Part shown: in pieces, positions 40,622 through 52,326 of the stretch
Position numbering within the stretch: position 1 is the stretch's first letter
Layout: each line of letters opens with the position of its first letter
Origin: Octopus sinensis
Taxonomy: Eukaryota
Length of the DNA: 64,000 nucleotides
Assembly (NCBI RefSeq): GCF_006345805.1
Contig: NC_043018.1
Location: 11,780,001 to 11,844,000 of the forward strand
Direction of reading: 5' to 3'
Translations under genes and position numbers: made by a program
Notes under the pieces: generated by a model
The model's input: the letters and a program-made list of their open reading frames with translations, nothing else
What the model was told of the DNA's origin: nothing
Database searches by the model: none

Positions 40622-43521
40622 CTAACAAAGAGATGAAAAACATTATAAATAAAGAAAATCAAAATTTTACAAGAATTTGATCATTTCAACAGAATTAACT
40701 CAATAGAAGAGTAGTAGACTAAATGCCAAAAATAAATTCAGCACTGACCTTCGGCATTCACAGTTTTATTCAGAACTAACTTTGCTTTTCATACCATCTA
40801 CAGTTGACTAAATAAATACTAAGTCCTAATGAGGTTCAATCAGTACTCTTCCTTGAAAATGTGTTGCCCCATAAAAAAAAGAAATCCTAATTGTCGTCGT
40901 CATCTTAATGGGGGAATGGCAAACATGTGGAGAGTTAAAACTATTTCTTCATCACTTTAATGTCCACTTTTCCATGCTTGTATGGGACAGCCAGTATTTA
41001 AGGAAACAAACTATGGCCAGCTGCCCTTCCTATCACCAACCACCACCGGTTTGCAAGCCATGTAATATATCTTTGTGGCTAGACATGTTTTTACAGAAGA
41101 ATCAAAACCAACAACACAACTTGTATAATGGTGATGCTTGCTTAGAACTATTATGCAATATCAAGATATGGGGATATAAACACACACACGCACAAATTAT
41201 AATAATGAAGTCAAACGAAATGGTGATATTTTGAAGTCATTTAATGCATCCATTTCAAGTCTGCATAAAATATCAAGTAGGGTGAGCTTTATTTAATTAT
41301 TTTCTTATAAATATAGCAACAACATGTGCAAACGAGTGTTTTATAAGCTGAAAACGAATGTTCCAGAAAGATATTACTTGTATGACTAGACAAGATAAGG
41401 AAAAGTTAAATTAAGCTAATAAATAACTTATTTAATAAGGGACCACGATGTTCGGTTTCACTTTCCTATAAATCTGTGGCCTTGAAGCATAATAAACCAT
41501 TATGTCAGTTTTATAAAACAAATCAAGTTCAGCAGTTGTCAATGTTGTGTCAAGTGGTACTCAGGAAATGAATTCGTCTTTTATGCTTCTTCACAGAAGC
41601 ATAAACAAACATTTATATGAAAGTCATTGAGTGAGAAGTATATTCTCGCGAGCAACCATGCCCTCAATGAGCACTAATATCCTCCAACATTGTTTACAAG
41701 ATTTCCTTTTCTGCCTCTCATAAAAATCGCTATTCTAACCTTCGTGTCTTGAGTTCGAACGCGAGCGAGGCTGTTTGTGGTGCCTTTGACGCAATATGGA
41801 AAGGAATTTGATAAAAGGCTTCAGCTGACATGAAACAACTTTACAGAACATTATAACAATGCAAGGTTCGAGTTAAAAGGTTATGTCAACAACCTTACAT
41901 AAGCCACTTGTCAAAGGCAAAATAAACCTTCATCGCTATTGTCATCAAAACAGAAATAAATTCTTTTTAATAGCATTATTTTTCAGATTAGAGTCAAAAC
42001 AATTTTTAAAATCGTATTTATATTTTAAAAAATGTTTGCATCTACATTTTTTCAACGATAAAGAAAAGATGAGGTTAATAGTACGAAAAAAATTATAATC
42101 CTTTTGACAACTCATTTAAAAGTTTTTCAAGTCAATATATTTTCACAACTCAATAAGCTTTGTTTATTAATCGAGATTAAAAAAAAAAAGGACCCTGAAA
42201 TATCCAGTTGACGTTTTTTTCTTTTTCTATAGGAAACTAAAAACCAGAATTATGTACAGACAAAAGAAGCAATTGTTAATAAAGAAGATGTTTAACACAG
42301 AGTCAACCATGAAAATGCAAAGATGATCAAAGACATTCCAGCTGTGACCATCTTGATTTTTAGAGGTATCAACGTTTACATTACCCAATGTAACCCCTTT
42401 TTTAAGATGGTAGGATGCAAAGAAATATGGCTGTTGTTTCTGGTAGGTTGATCTACCACGTAGAGGATCTCTCTCTAATTTTTACTTAAAATTCTGACAC
42501 TACAATCGCGTAATTACAAACTTTTCACAGTTAATCTGCAGATCATTCAAATTACTCTCAAGATTTAGCTGTCGGTGACTTTGCTTTGATTTTTCTGTCA
42601 AATAAACACGAAATAAAAACATCAGCGATGATTTTGCTTCTGACATTCATCATATTTCAATTAACGAACAACCATATGTCAGAGCACGTGTGTTTGTGTG
42701 TGTGTGTGTGTGTGTGTTGTGTGTGCGTGTGCGAGCGCGGGGCTGCAGCCACATGCTTCTTCTTCTTCGTGCTGTGTAATAAGCGAGCTACACGTTGCAG
42801 AAATGGTATTTTTGCAAGTAAGCATAACAAAAATAAATATATAACAAATGCTATGACTGAAAGTCCGATATTGTTATCTAACTATTCCTCTCCCTGACAT
42901 CCACACACACACACACACACACAACACACATCCCTTTTACACTTGTTGCTAAGTGATTCAACGTTGAATTAGAACCCAACAAACTGCAATGGTTACTTTA
43001 CAAGACAGGAAGTTACTAAGGCTATCTATTTACAACACACACACACACACACATAAACAAACAAAGAAAAAAAAGGTTGCTTGCATAATCTTTCGTAGAA
43101 TGAGTTGCTGCAATAAAACATCATCAACCTTGCCAGCGGGAAACGCCCACTGTTTTGAAATCGTGTTATATCCTTCCATTGACAATATAATAAACACCCA
43201 AACTGTAATATTACACATATAGAGAGGCTATACCTACATATATCCTACATTGACATTTGTCTAATGACCCAAAATATTAGTTTGAGGTACACGACTATAT
43301 TTGAAAAACATACCCCCCCCCCCTCTTTGCCATAGACTCTTTTAAATTTACAATTTAATTCGTTAGGTGCTATAAAATTTAAAATTCAAACAGTGTGTTT
43401 TGCTTCCTTTTAATATTATTCCATAGATTTCAGTGTTAAACCCACAGATGTCTCAGAGCAGACTCTGCACTATAAGTACAAAGGTAAGAGGAGAGGGAGA
43501 GGATAAATAAATATTGGTTAC

Positions 43522-43646
43522 CTGTGTGATTGTTTCGTTTGGAAGATTGGATTTCGCGAAAATACTGAGGAAAAGCTCTCTGTCGACCCGCTCTTGACTT
43601 GGAGCTATGATATCGTAAATTTCTCTATACAAAGGGGGAACAGAAC
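43522..43646 (-). CDS. SNX8: Sorting nexin-8 exon 2 (GSVPPLYREIYDIIAPSQERVDRELFLSIFAKSNLPNETITQ), first half of an EH-like domain
   Basis: CAG acceptor, GTAACC donor, 125 nt, restores phase 0. Confidence 0.88.
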
Positions 43647-43918
43647 CTGCTGTAGGTGGCAAAAAGAAAACAAAAAGATCAGTTTGTTGTCATTCAATAA
43701 TAAAACAGGTATTTGTACATCAGGTAGACACAGACACTCACGATTTCATTCTGTATGGGTGTGTGTGCACATTCAATGGGGATTTGTAAGCAACAAGTCG
43801 TCTAGTTTATGAATGACAAATGAAAGAAAGATGTGTTTATGTTCACAGTAAAATCATTTCTGGTGATCTCAGAAGAAAACAAGGGAAATCTTCATTCGGC
43901 CGAAGCCCGACAACTTAC

Positions 43919-43940
43919 CACACGACAGGTCCGACGACAT
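43919..43940 (-). CDS. SNX8: Sorting nexin-8 coding exon 1 (MSSDLSC-G)
   Basis: ATG at 43940-43938; 22 nt, then GTAAG donor; phase 1 joins exon 2 to form a Gly codon. Confidence 0.8.
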
Positions 43941-44100
43941 CTTGAACGTTAAATATCATGTGATTGAGAAAATGCTTTTAGCTCAACATTTTCCCCCACC
44001 GCTTCGCATTTTCTGCTTAAAGTGCTTATTTTGCTTCTTTGCATTCTAAATTCCCCATACATCATATTAAATACATTGCAATTCATTTCATAGGTAAATA
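43941..44100. promoter_or_regulatory. Putative shared (bidirectional) promoter / 5' UTR region of SNX8 and IQCE
   Basis: Immediately upstream of the SNX8 ATG; plus-strand donor-like TAG|GTAAAT near 44093; unique, repeat-poor sequence between divergent genes. Confidence 0.45.
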
Positions 44101-44420
44101 CCGCTTCAGTGCTGAACAGCTTTGTCTATACCTTATATTATATACACATGTATGTATGTATGTATATCTATATATATACATATATATATGTATGTATATA
44201 TGTATGTATTTTCCTGTGTTCGAATAAGAAAGCGTCACTGAAAGTTGTAACCATGGAATAGAGATTATCAAAACATTTGAAACGAGGGCAGACTTGTTTA
44301 CCTGTCCTTCCTAAGAGAAAGTATTACATATTCATTTATCATTATTTTAAGTCACAACCGATAAAATATTTCTTGATTTTATTTGTTCCAGGATTTATTA
44401 TTCTGTGATTTCGTTTTAAG

Positions 44421-44541
44421 TTGTTATCTATATTGAGAAGAAGAAGAAAGAAATCCTCCTCTCAGGAACCATGCATTGACGTATTGACCTCAACTATCGC
44501 TGCTTTCGATCTGCAACGCACCTGTTCGTTTTCAATCAAAG
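44421..44541 (+). other. IQCE: Putative non-coding 5' UTR exon of IQCE
   Basis: TTTTAAG acceptor at 44420 (alternative CCAG at 44391) and AAAG|GTAAC donor; no frame continuing into the IQCE ORF was evident. Confidence 0.3.
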
Positions 44542-45352
44542 GTAACTCGGTTTACAGTGAATTCTTTACACACATTTACGTGTATCATAACAGAAGAAAA
44601 GAAAGAGGTTAGTAGAAACATTTAGGCTACGGTTTCAATTCTTGGTTGAAAATTCAGGAACTATTTCATAAGAATATCTCATACCTACACAAGTGTCCCC
44701 CACCACCACCCCGCCTTTCCTCTTAACCTCCTGAAAAATGAATATCGTATAATGAAATTCGCTTCAGGTGCTGTAGGTTCCGATTATATTGGAATTTATT
44801 GTAAGGAAAATTTTTCCGGGAGTAGGGAGAGGAGTTTCGGAAAATTCACAAGAGACAGCTTTCTTTCCTCATAACTTTCAGAAGAATGAAACTTTTAATT
44901 TAAAAAATAATAATAATAACAGAAAAAAATGTGATGTGTGACAGCCACCAACTTTTTTTCGTTTTTGCATATTAAATTTTGATATAATTGAAATCTACAC
45001 TCTCTGAAAGTTATTTGCAGGTATCATTAAAAGAAAATGCCAATTTTTTTTTTTTTTCAAGTTATGAGGAAAGAAAGCCGACTCCTCTTTCCACCCCGGG
45101 AAAAAATTTTCGCTATAAATTCTAATATAAGCGGAATGTGCACCATCTGAAATTTTGTAAGGAAACAAAATCGATGGGGCTCACTTGTGTAGTAGGTATG
45201 CCTATCATCATCATTTAACGCCCCTTTTCCCTGTTGACATGGGTCGGACGCAAACAGCAAACTGAATACACGTTGATGATTGGTTAAAAATTACCTAAAT
45301 GCGACAACTTTAACATGAAATAACTTCTAAAATACGAAATTTTGTCAAAAAT

Positions 45353-45507
45353 GGACGATCCTTCGGTATAGGTACCGTAAGTGGCTTGTTTACATTTCTG
45401 AAGATAACAGAAACCCTTTTCTCTCACGCCTAACCCTAACCCCCCATATATATAAAAAAAAAACACTTTCTTGAAATGTATCCGGTACCTATACCGAAGT
45501 TATGCCC
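45353..45507. mobile_element. Short MITE with 17-bp perfect subterminal inverted repeats and internal CCTAACCCTAACCC
   Basis: CTTCGGTATAGGTACCG 45361-45377 / CGGTACCTATACCGAAG 45483-45499; AAAAAT direct repeats on both flanks. Confidence 0.65.
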
Positions 45508-45599
45508 AAAAATGTTCTAAATAAACCGTGTTCGGCATGAGAAATTACAGCAGTATACGAAGTTTCAAATTGTTTAGTTAAAAAAAAATTAATTAACAA

Positions 45600-46845
45600 A
45601 TCTGGGAGCCAAACTGAATAGATCCACTACCTGGGCTCCATGTCTGTTTTGGTTTGGTTTCTATAGCTGGATGCCCTTCCTAACACTAACCACTATATTG
45701 TGTGTATTGGATGCTTTTACACAGCATGACAGCCTTTATATGGCACCAGCACCCAGGATTCTGCGAGACTAGGATCACTCAGCTGAAGAGGGATGCAGCG
45801 GACATGCTTGAATGCAAGGACAACCACAATTTTACACCAGGTCTTGGTCCTTTGTCAGCCCCTCTGTGAGTGTCTGAAGATCCTTTCTCACCACTTCATC
45901 CCATGTCTTCCTGGGTTTACTCATTCCACAATTAGAGATCGGCACTTCCTGATGCAGCTGTCCTCATCCATATGCATCATATGACTACCAGCACAGCCTT
46001 CTCTCATGCACTCTACATTTGAGGCAGCATCTACTCAGTTTTTCTCTCAAGTCACTTACACTCCGTCATATATACACAATGACATTAACCATCCAGTGGA
46101 GTACTGTAAATCTTCAAGTATAGTCCACCCTTAAGTATAATACGCAGGGGATTTTTAGGGGGCTGTACCTCTGAAAAATCTAAACCTTGTGTATAATATG
46201 CATTCCTTCTCTAACTTGAGTTGTGCATAATTAAGCCAGCAGCACCTAGTCGAACAAACACTTCCGCGCATGCGTAATACAATAATGGTGATGTTCTTAA
46301 CTGTTATATGGGAATGTAAATATGTTTGCAAATTGTTTTTGTTACATGTTATTCTGTGTTCTGAATACTTTTATTTTAATAAATGTTGCTTACTGCAAGT
46401 TATGGATGATTCTTTTATGACTTCATTGCTTTCAGACTTAGCTTAAGGTATTTTCGCGCCTGACATCACAAAATGCATCTGAAAAACATTGCCGGACATT
46501 GCTTAGAAAATAATTTTCATTTTTAACCTTGTATATAGTACGCACGAGGGATTTTGACCTTTAAATTTTGGGGAAAAAATGCGGATTATACTTGAGGATT
46601 TATAGTATGCTGGGTTCATTTCTTTGAAGCCTTTGCATACCCTGTGTAGTCACAGCGCATTTCTCACTGCCATGTAGCATAGCTGTTCCTACACAGGCAT
46701 CATACAATCTGCCTTTCACTCTGAGGCAGAGGCCCTTTGTTATTAACAGAAGGAGTAACTTGTTGAATTTTGCCCAGCTCTTTCTTATTCTAGCAGCTAT
46801 ACCTTCAGAACAACCTCTCCACTACTGCTAACCTGTCACCTAAGT
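45600..46845 (-). mobile_element. Decayed RTE 3' fragment interrupted by a MITE
   Basis: 46610-46845 aligns with 17270-17505; tail-like sequence at 45650-45750. Confidence 0.75.
46104..46605. mobile_element. Tc1/mariner-pogo type MITE with TA target duplication
   Basis: TIRs CTGTAAATCTTCAAGTATAGTCC / GGATTATACTTGAGGATTTATAG; TA on both sides; splits an RTE fragment. Confidence 0.85.
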
Positions 46846-46857
46846 TATATATACATA

Positions 46858-47474
46858 TGTAGTGGGCTGGACGTGGTGTGCCATATCAGGTCAATATGAT
46901 GTAGTGTATAGATGTAATGCTTCAAGGTTCTCATGTCGAAGTACCAGTAAACATCGAAGAATCAACACCAAGAAGGAAGAAATATTATTTACATGTTTAT
47001 TTGCTTGCCTGATAGATAGTTAAAGAGAGAATAGCAATTCTAGTGATAGTGACAACAAGGTTGGCTTGCTGGTTAGTAGTTTATCGTGTAGAAAAAGGTT
47101 GTCTGTCAGTAGAGAGTGAAAGAGTAAGGAATGCTTGGTGCTGACAAGAAAGGAAGAAAGGATAGAGGTGGCATCGGCTTTCTTGCAGCCAAGGAAAGTG
47201 CTGCTCTTGGTCATGGCTGACACAAAAGAGCAGTTGTTGCTCATTGGTCATGGCTGACACATAAGAGCAAGGGGTAGGAAATTCTCTGTTATATAGACTA
47301 TGGTCAGTAAATAAAAAAAGATTGACCTTTCCTTGACCAGCACAAGTCCTAGGGGGGTCAAGTGTTTCCTCATCAATCATCTGGTGTGGAGAGGATTTCC
47401 CTGCTTGTTTTGACAAGCAACAAGCAGGTGGATTTGGTTTCAAATCTCAGGCAGGGTTAAGCTAAATCCCTACT
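46858..47474 (-). mobile_element. Possible solo LTR inserted in TA-rich sequence
   Basis: TGTAG...CTAC(T) termini; minus-strand TATATAA (~47290) upstream of AATAAA (~47000). Confidence 0.4.
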
Positions 47475-47639
47475 TATATATATATAACATCACCATCATT
47501 ATTTTAGCATCCACTTTCCCATGCAATTATGGGAAAATGGCTCATGTGAATATGGGTGGGTGTAATATTACAATAGCAATTTTGATCTCATATTTTGAAA
47601 CTTTCTACATTTAAAATATTTTCTGTGACTAGGTGCAAA

Positions 47640-47670
47640 ATGAGTTCCAGACCAATTTCACGGAAGAAAA
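47640..47670 (+). CDS. IQCE: IQCE putative first coding exon (MSSRPISRKK); exon starts at 47633
   Basis: CTAG acceptor at 47632, AAAATG start, GTAAGT donor; phase 1 matches the next exon (A+CT = Thr). Confidence 0.65.
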
Positions 47671-48229
47671 GTAAGTAGATTTAGAGCTCCTCCCTTTTTT
47701 ATTCCTATTTATTTATTTTGTATTGCAATTGGTGAACATCACTTTATTGGTTTATTGCATTTCTGGCGGTAAGATGGAGAAGAGTATCAGTAACTCAGTA
47801 CAGAACAAATATTGCAAAGAACTTTATTTGAAAAGCACTAATTTTTCAGTTTCCCCATTGATGAAATAGTTATCCATCCCTCTATACACACACCCACCCA
47901 TTCATCCATCTATCCACCGCATACATGTATTAAGAAGATAAGAAATGGATCCTTTCTTTCAGAATTAGAAGCCAGTCTTGCACAGAAAATATTCTCAGTA
48001 GTCTTGGTAGCTGTTCATCATATTCATCACAGCTAAGCAAACTGACACGTAATGCACCGACAACTGCTTCTTATTGTGCACAGATAAAGCCATGTGATGA
48101 AGACGTTTGCTTTGCATTCACCTACTTCCAGTTTTAATCCCACTTTGTGAAACCTTGTTCAAGTGTTTTCTGACTGGACCTGTTTGGGTGAAATTGAGTG
48201 AAGGAAAACTATGCAGAAGCCTCACCAGT

Positions 48230-49890
48230 CACTGGTCGAGAAAATTAAATGTATCAGACTCATTATGAATGCAAACTAGCTAAATTTTCATGCTGACTTC
48301 AAAATTTCACTCCTTTCAGTTTTTCAGTAGATACATGCAAATATTTACGTAATTGTATATCTGAAATCATTAACTTTATAAATAAGGACATTGTTTTCAG
48401 AAAGTAATGAGTTAAAAATCATCACTATCATTCTACAAAGAGTAAATGCACAAAAAATGGGTTAGGAACATTGGGATTTGGATTTCCTGCAGTGTTCCTG
48501 CTCTGGTTGATCATGGTAAAGTGTCCAGCAGTAGTCAGCCAGTATACTGCCATTCCAGAAGCCTTGGTACCATTTCTCCATAGCACTAATGTCCTAGTGA
48601 AATCTTTCACCATGTTCATCAGATACTGCTCCAAGGTTATCTGTGAAGAAATGCAGATGGGAGTCCAAGAAGTGAACTTTCAGTGACATGTGGTAACCCA
48701 TTGCTGAGTAACATTTCAGAAGGTTTTTGATGCCATTCTTGTAGTCCATTGCCTTCATGTTGCCCAAGAAATTCTCAAAGATCCAATTGAAAGCATTCCA
48801 GACAGGCAATTCCAGTTCATCCAGTGTTGTTTTGAAGTTGACATCTTTGAGTACTTCTCTAATTTGGGGTCCAACAAAGATACCCTCTTTCAACTTCACC
48901 TGTGTGATTTTGGGAAACTTTTCTACAATATACTCAAACCCTCTGGCATTTCTCTTCCCTAGTGTCTTTACAAACTGCTTCATCAGTCCAAGCTTTATGT
49001 GCAAAGGAGGCAATAAGACATTACATGGAGCTACAAGAGGTGTATTCTTGATGGTAGACAGTCCTGGCTGGTATGATGTTCTTGTCTGCCAGTTTGATTC
49101 CGAATAATGTCTGTCAGTTGCCCAACTATCCCATAGACACAAGAAACAACAGTATTTTGTGAAACCCGACTGCATTCCCATTAACATTCCAATGACTTTT
49201 AAATCTCCACATATTTTCCAAGAGTATCTTTCATAGGCAATGACATGAAGTAAAAGTTCCATATTCTCATATGAATCATAGGAATGGAGGGTTTCAAATT
49301 ACCATTATGGAGAAGTAGAGCTTTTGAACTTTGCTTTGAAGAGTTGATAAACAAATGTCACTCTGCAAGATAATGATTTTGTGATAAACATTTGAAAAGT
49401 CCATTGATGTTATTGCAAAAGCAAAGCGGACCTTCAAGAGAAAAACATATTTATAGAACCACATTTCTCTGCTGAAAATAAGTTATACGAACACCGTGCT
49501 TTAGCAGATACTTCTTCAGTCTTGATGCCAACAAGAGATAGGTCTCTGACGAGGTCATTCAGTTAAAGTTGGGAAAATTTCTGAGGTTCAAAGCTATCAT
49601 CATCAGCCACATAATCTCCTCAGCAGCACTATTGTGACAGTCAGCATCATCATCTGACGTTTCAATACCATCATCTGGTGGAACTGGAATTGGCAGACTT
49701 CCATTGTGAGGCACAGGTCTTGTTGCAGAATCCAAATCGGGATACACAATTTTGTGTTTATTCTTCAGAGAAAATCCTGTGACATTTACTTTGCAAAAAT
49801 AACAGTCATTAAAATGGTCTTTCGGCTCCCTCCATATCATTGGAATGGCAAAACGCATGGATTTCTTATTATTGAACCAGTCATTCGACG
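48230..49890 (-). mobile_element. 5'-truncated Chapaev(3)-like DNA transposon (CMC/Transib-related transposase relic)
   Basis: FAIPMIWREPKDH..DCYFC, ICGDLKV, TKYCCFLCLWDS, LPPLHIKLGLMKQFVK, KEGIFVGPQIR, SLKVHFLDSH, GAVSDEHGERFH; terminus ...CCAGTG at 48230. Confidence 0.75.
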
Positions 49891-50360
49891 TCTCTGCCTC
49901 CCCCCCTCTTTGTTTCTCTGTCATTCATTCTTCCCCCTCAGTCTGTTCCACTCATATAGTCTCTCTCTCACTCTCCTCTTATACCTCTCCCTTGTTTCTA
50001 TTTGTCTCTCTTTTTCTCTTTTCTTTCTCTATCTCTCTTTTCATTTTACTTTCCTCTTTTTTTCTCTTTTATTCAGCCAAAATAAAGTCCTTTTCAAGAC
50101 CAGACAGTGCCCCTACAGATAAAACTGCTCCTGATGTATGGCTCACTTCTCTTAAGAACAGCAATGGTAAAAGACTCACATTCTCTTTCTTGTACACTAT
50201 ATTCCCACCCTCCCTACCTGTTTACCTCACCAAACAGGGCAATAATAAGGGATTCCAGATGCCACAGGAGTGCTATACACTCTTTTGTTGTTATTCCTAG
50301 CTATTTATTATCTTTAGCATCATTTATATATATATATGTATGTGTGTGTATGTATATATA

Positions 50361-50407
<47 letters not shown>

Positions 50408-50611
50408 CGGAAATTTTACATGACTGTATCCGAAAATTTCTTCATACAACTTGATCAAATATCCAATATGAACTATATGTAGACATGCATAAATTCTATA
50501 GGTTTAAAACCTTTCATCGGATCTCCATGAATCGAACTTTCTTCAATGCAGTTAATCTTACAACCTCTTTTGTATCTACCCCTTTTGATGTTTGGGAATT
50601 CTCTGATATTT

Positions 50612-50699
50612 TTTCGGCTGACGAGTACGAGCCATCTGTATTCACTGCATTTTTTGTAGCTTATTAAAGATGTCCTCGTACGAAACGATCGTATCGAGA
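50612..50699 (+). ncRNA. Type I hammerhead ribozyme motif (Penelope/retrozyme-like, palindromic stem III)
   Basis: CTGACGA 50618-50624; stem II GTACGAG/CTCGTAC; GAAA 50682-50685; stem III ACGATCGT; GTA cleavage triplet ending 50693; stem I TTTCGG/TCGAGA. Confidence 0.75.
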
Positions 50700-51052
50700 T
50701 TTTAATCCATTCTTGTTGCTTTTTTCCTATATATTTATATATATATATTAATAATATATTATTATTAATATATATATATATATATTAATAATATACTATT
50801 ATTAAAATTAGGAAATCAATATCAGAAAACTCCTCAGAAAGATATACACGTGTGAAAAATAATTGTTGTATTAAAAATATATAAATAAATAAATATAAAT
50901 ATGTATAAAAATATATGTAAATATGTATAAGTATAAATATATAACGTATATGACAGTTTAAAAGTTTAGAAATAAGTATTTAAAGCATCTTACGATCATC
51001 TCACAGAATTGTTGGCCCTATAATGGAATCCTATATTGATAAGCATTTATAG

Positions 51053-52326
51053 ACACACACACACACACACACACACACGAAGCTATTGGATGTGTGAATG
51101 TCAGTTTGCATACCCAAAAGTGTGTGAGCAATGATCGAAACCAGTGGTGCATGTCCGGCCCATCTGAAAGTACCCGTGATGCATCAGGCAATACGTTGAT
51201 CTTGAGAAGGCCTGTTGAGTCAAGTGAAACCAAAATCGTAGCTGTGGCCAGTGGCCCCTGACTGGCTTCCATTCTTGTGGCATGTAAAATGTATCATCCG
51301 AATGTGGTTGATGCCAGGTTCACCTGACCTGCTCCCATGCTGGTGGAACGTAAAAAGCACCATCTGAACGTAGCGGATGTCAGTGACCCTTGAGTGTCTC
51401 CCATGGTGGTGGCACGTTGAAAGCACTATTCAAATGGGATTAATGCCTGGCCCGCTTGACTGGCTCCTGTGCTGGTGGCACATAAAAAGCATACACTACA
51501 GTCTCGGAGTTGTTGGCATTAGGAAGGGCATCCAGCTGTAGAAACAATGCCAGAGCAGATTGGAGCCTGGTGCAGCTGCTGGTTCTCCAGGCCTCAGTCA
51601 AACTCTCCAACCCATGCAAGCATGGTAAATGGATGTTAAATGATGATGATGATATAGATATATATGTATATATATAAATACATATATATGTACACACACA
51701 CACACACACACACGAAGCTATTGGATGTGTGAATGTCAGTTTGCATACCCAAAAGTGTGTGAGCAATGATCGAAACCAGTGGTGCATGTCCGGCCCATCT
51801 GAAAGTACCCGTGATGCATCAGGCAATACGTTGATCTTGAGAAGGCCTGTTGAGTCAAGTGAAACCAAAATCGTAGCTGTGGCCAGTGGCCCCTGACTGG
51901 CTTCCATTCTTGTGGCATGTAAAATGTATCATCCGAATGTGGTTGATGCCAGGTTCACCTGACCTGCTCCCATGCTGGTGGAACGTAAAAAGCACCATCT
52001 GAACGTAGCGGATGTCAGTGACCCTTGAGTGTCTCCCATGGTGGTGGCACGTTGAAAGCACTATTCAAATGGGATTAATGCCTGGCCCGCTTGACTGGCT
52101 CCTGTGCTGGTGGCACATAAAAAGCATACACTACAGTCTCGGAGTTGTTGGCATTAGGAAGGGCATCCAGCTGTAGAAACAATGCCAGAGCAGATTGGAG
52201 CCTGGTGCAGCTGCTGGTTCTCCAGGCCTCAGTCAAACTCTCCAACCCATGCAAGCATGGTAAATGGATGTTAAATGATGATGATGATATAGATATATAT
52301 GTATATATATAAATACATATATATGT

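Noticed and set aside
44421-44612. 63-aa ORF as an IQCE coding exon
   Set aside because: Splicing it to the 47633 exon gives an immediate stop in that frame; treated as possible UTR only.
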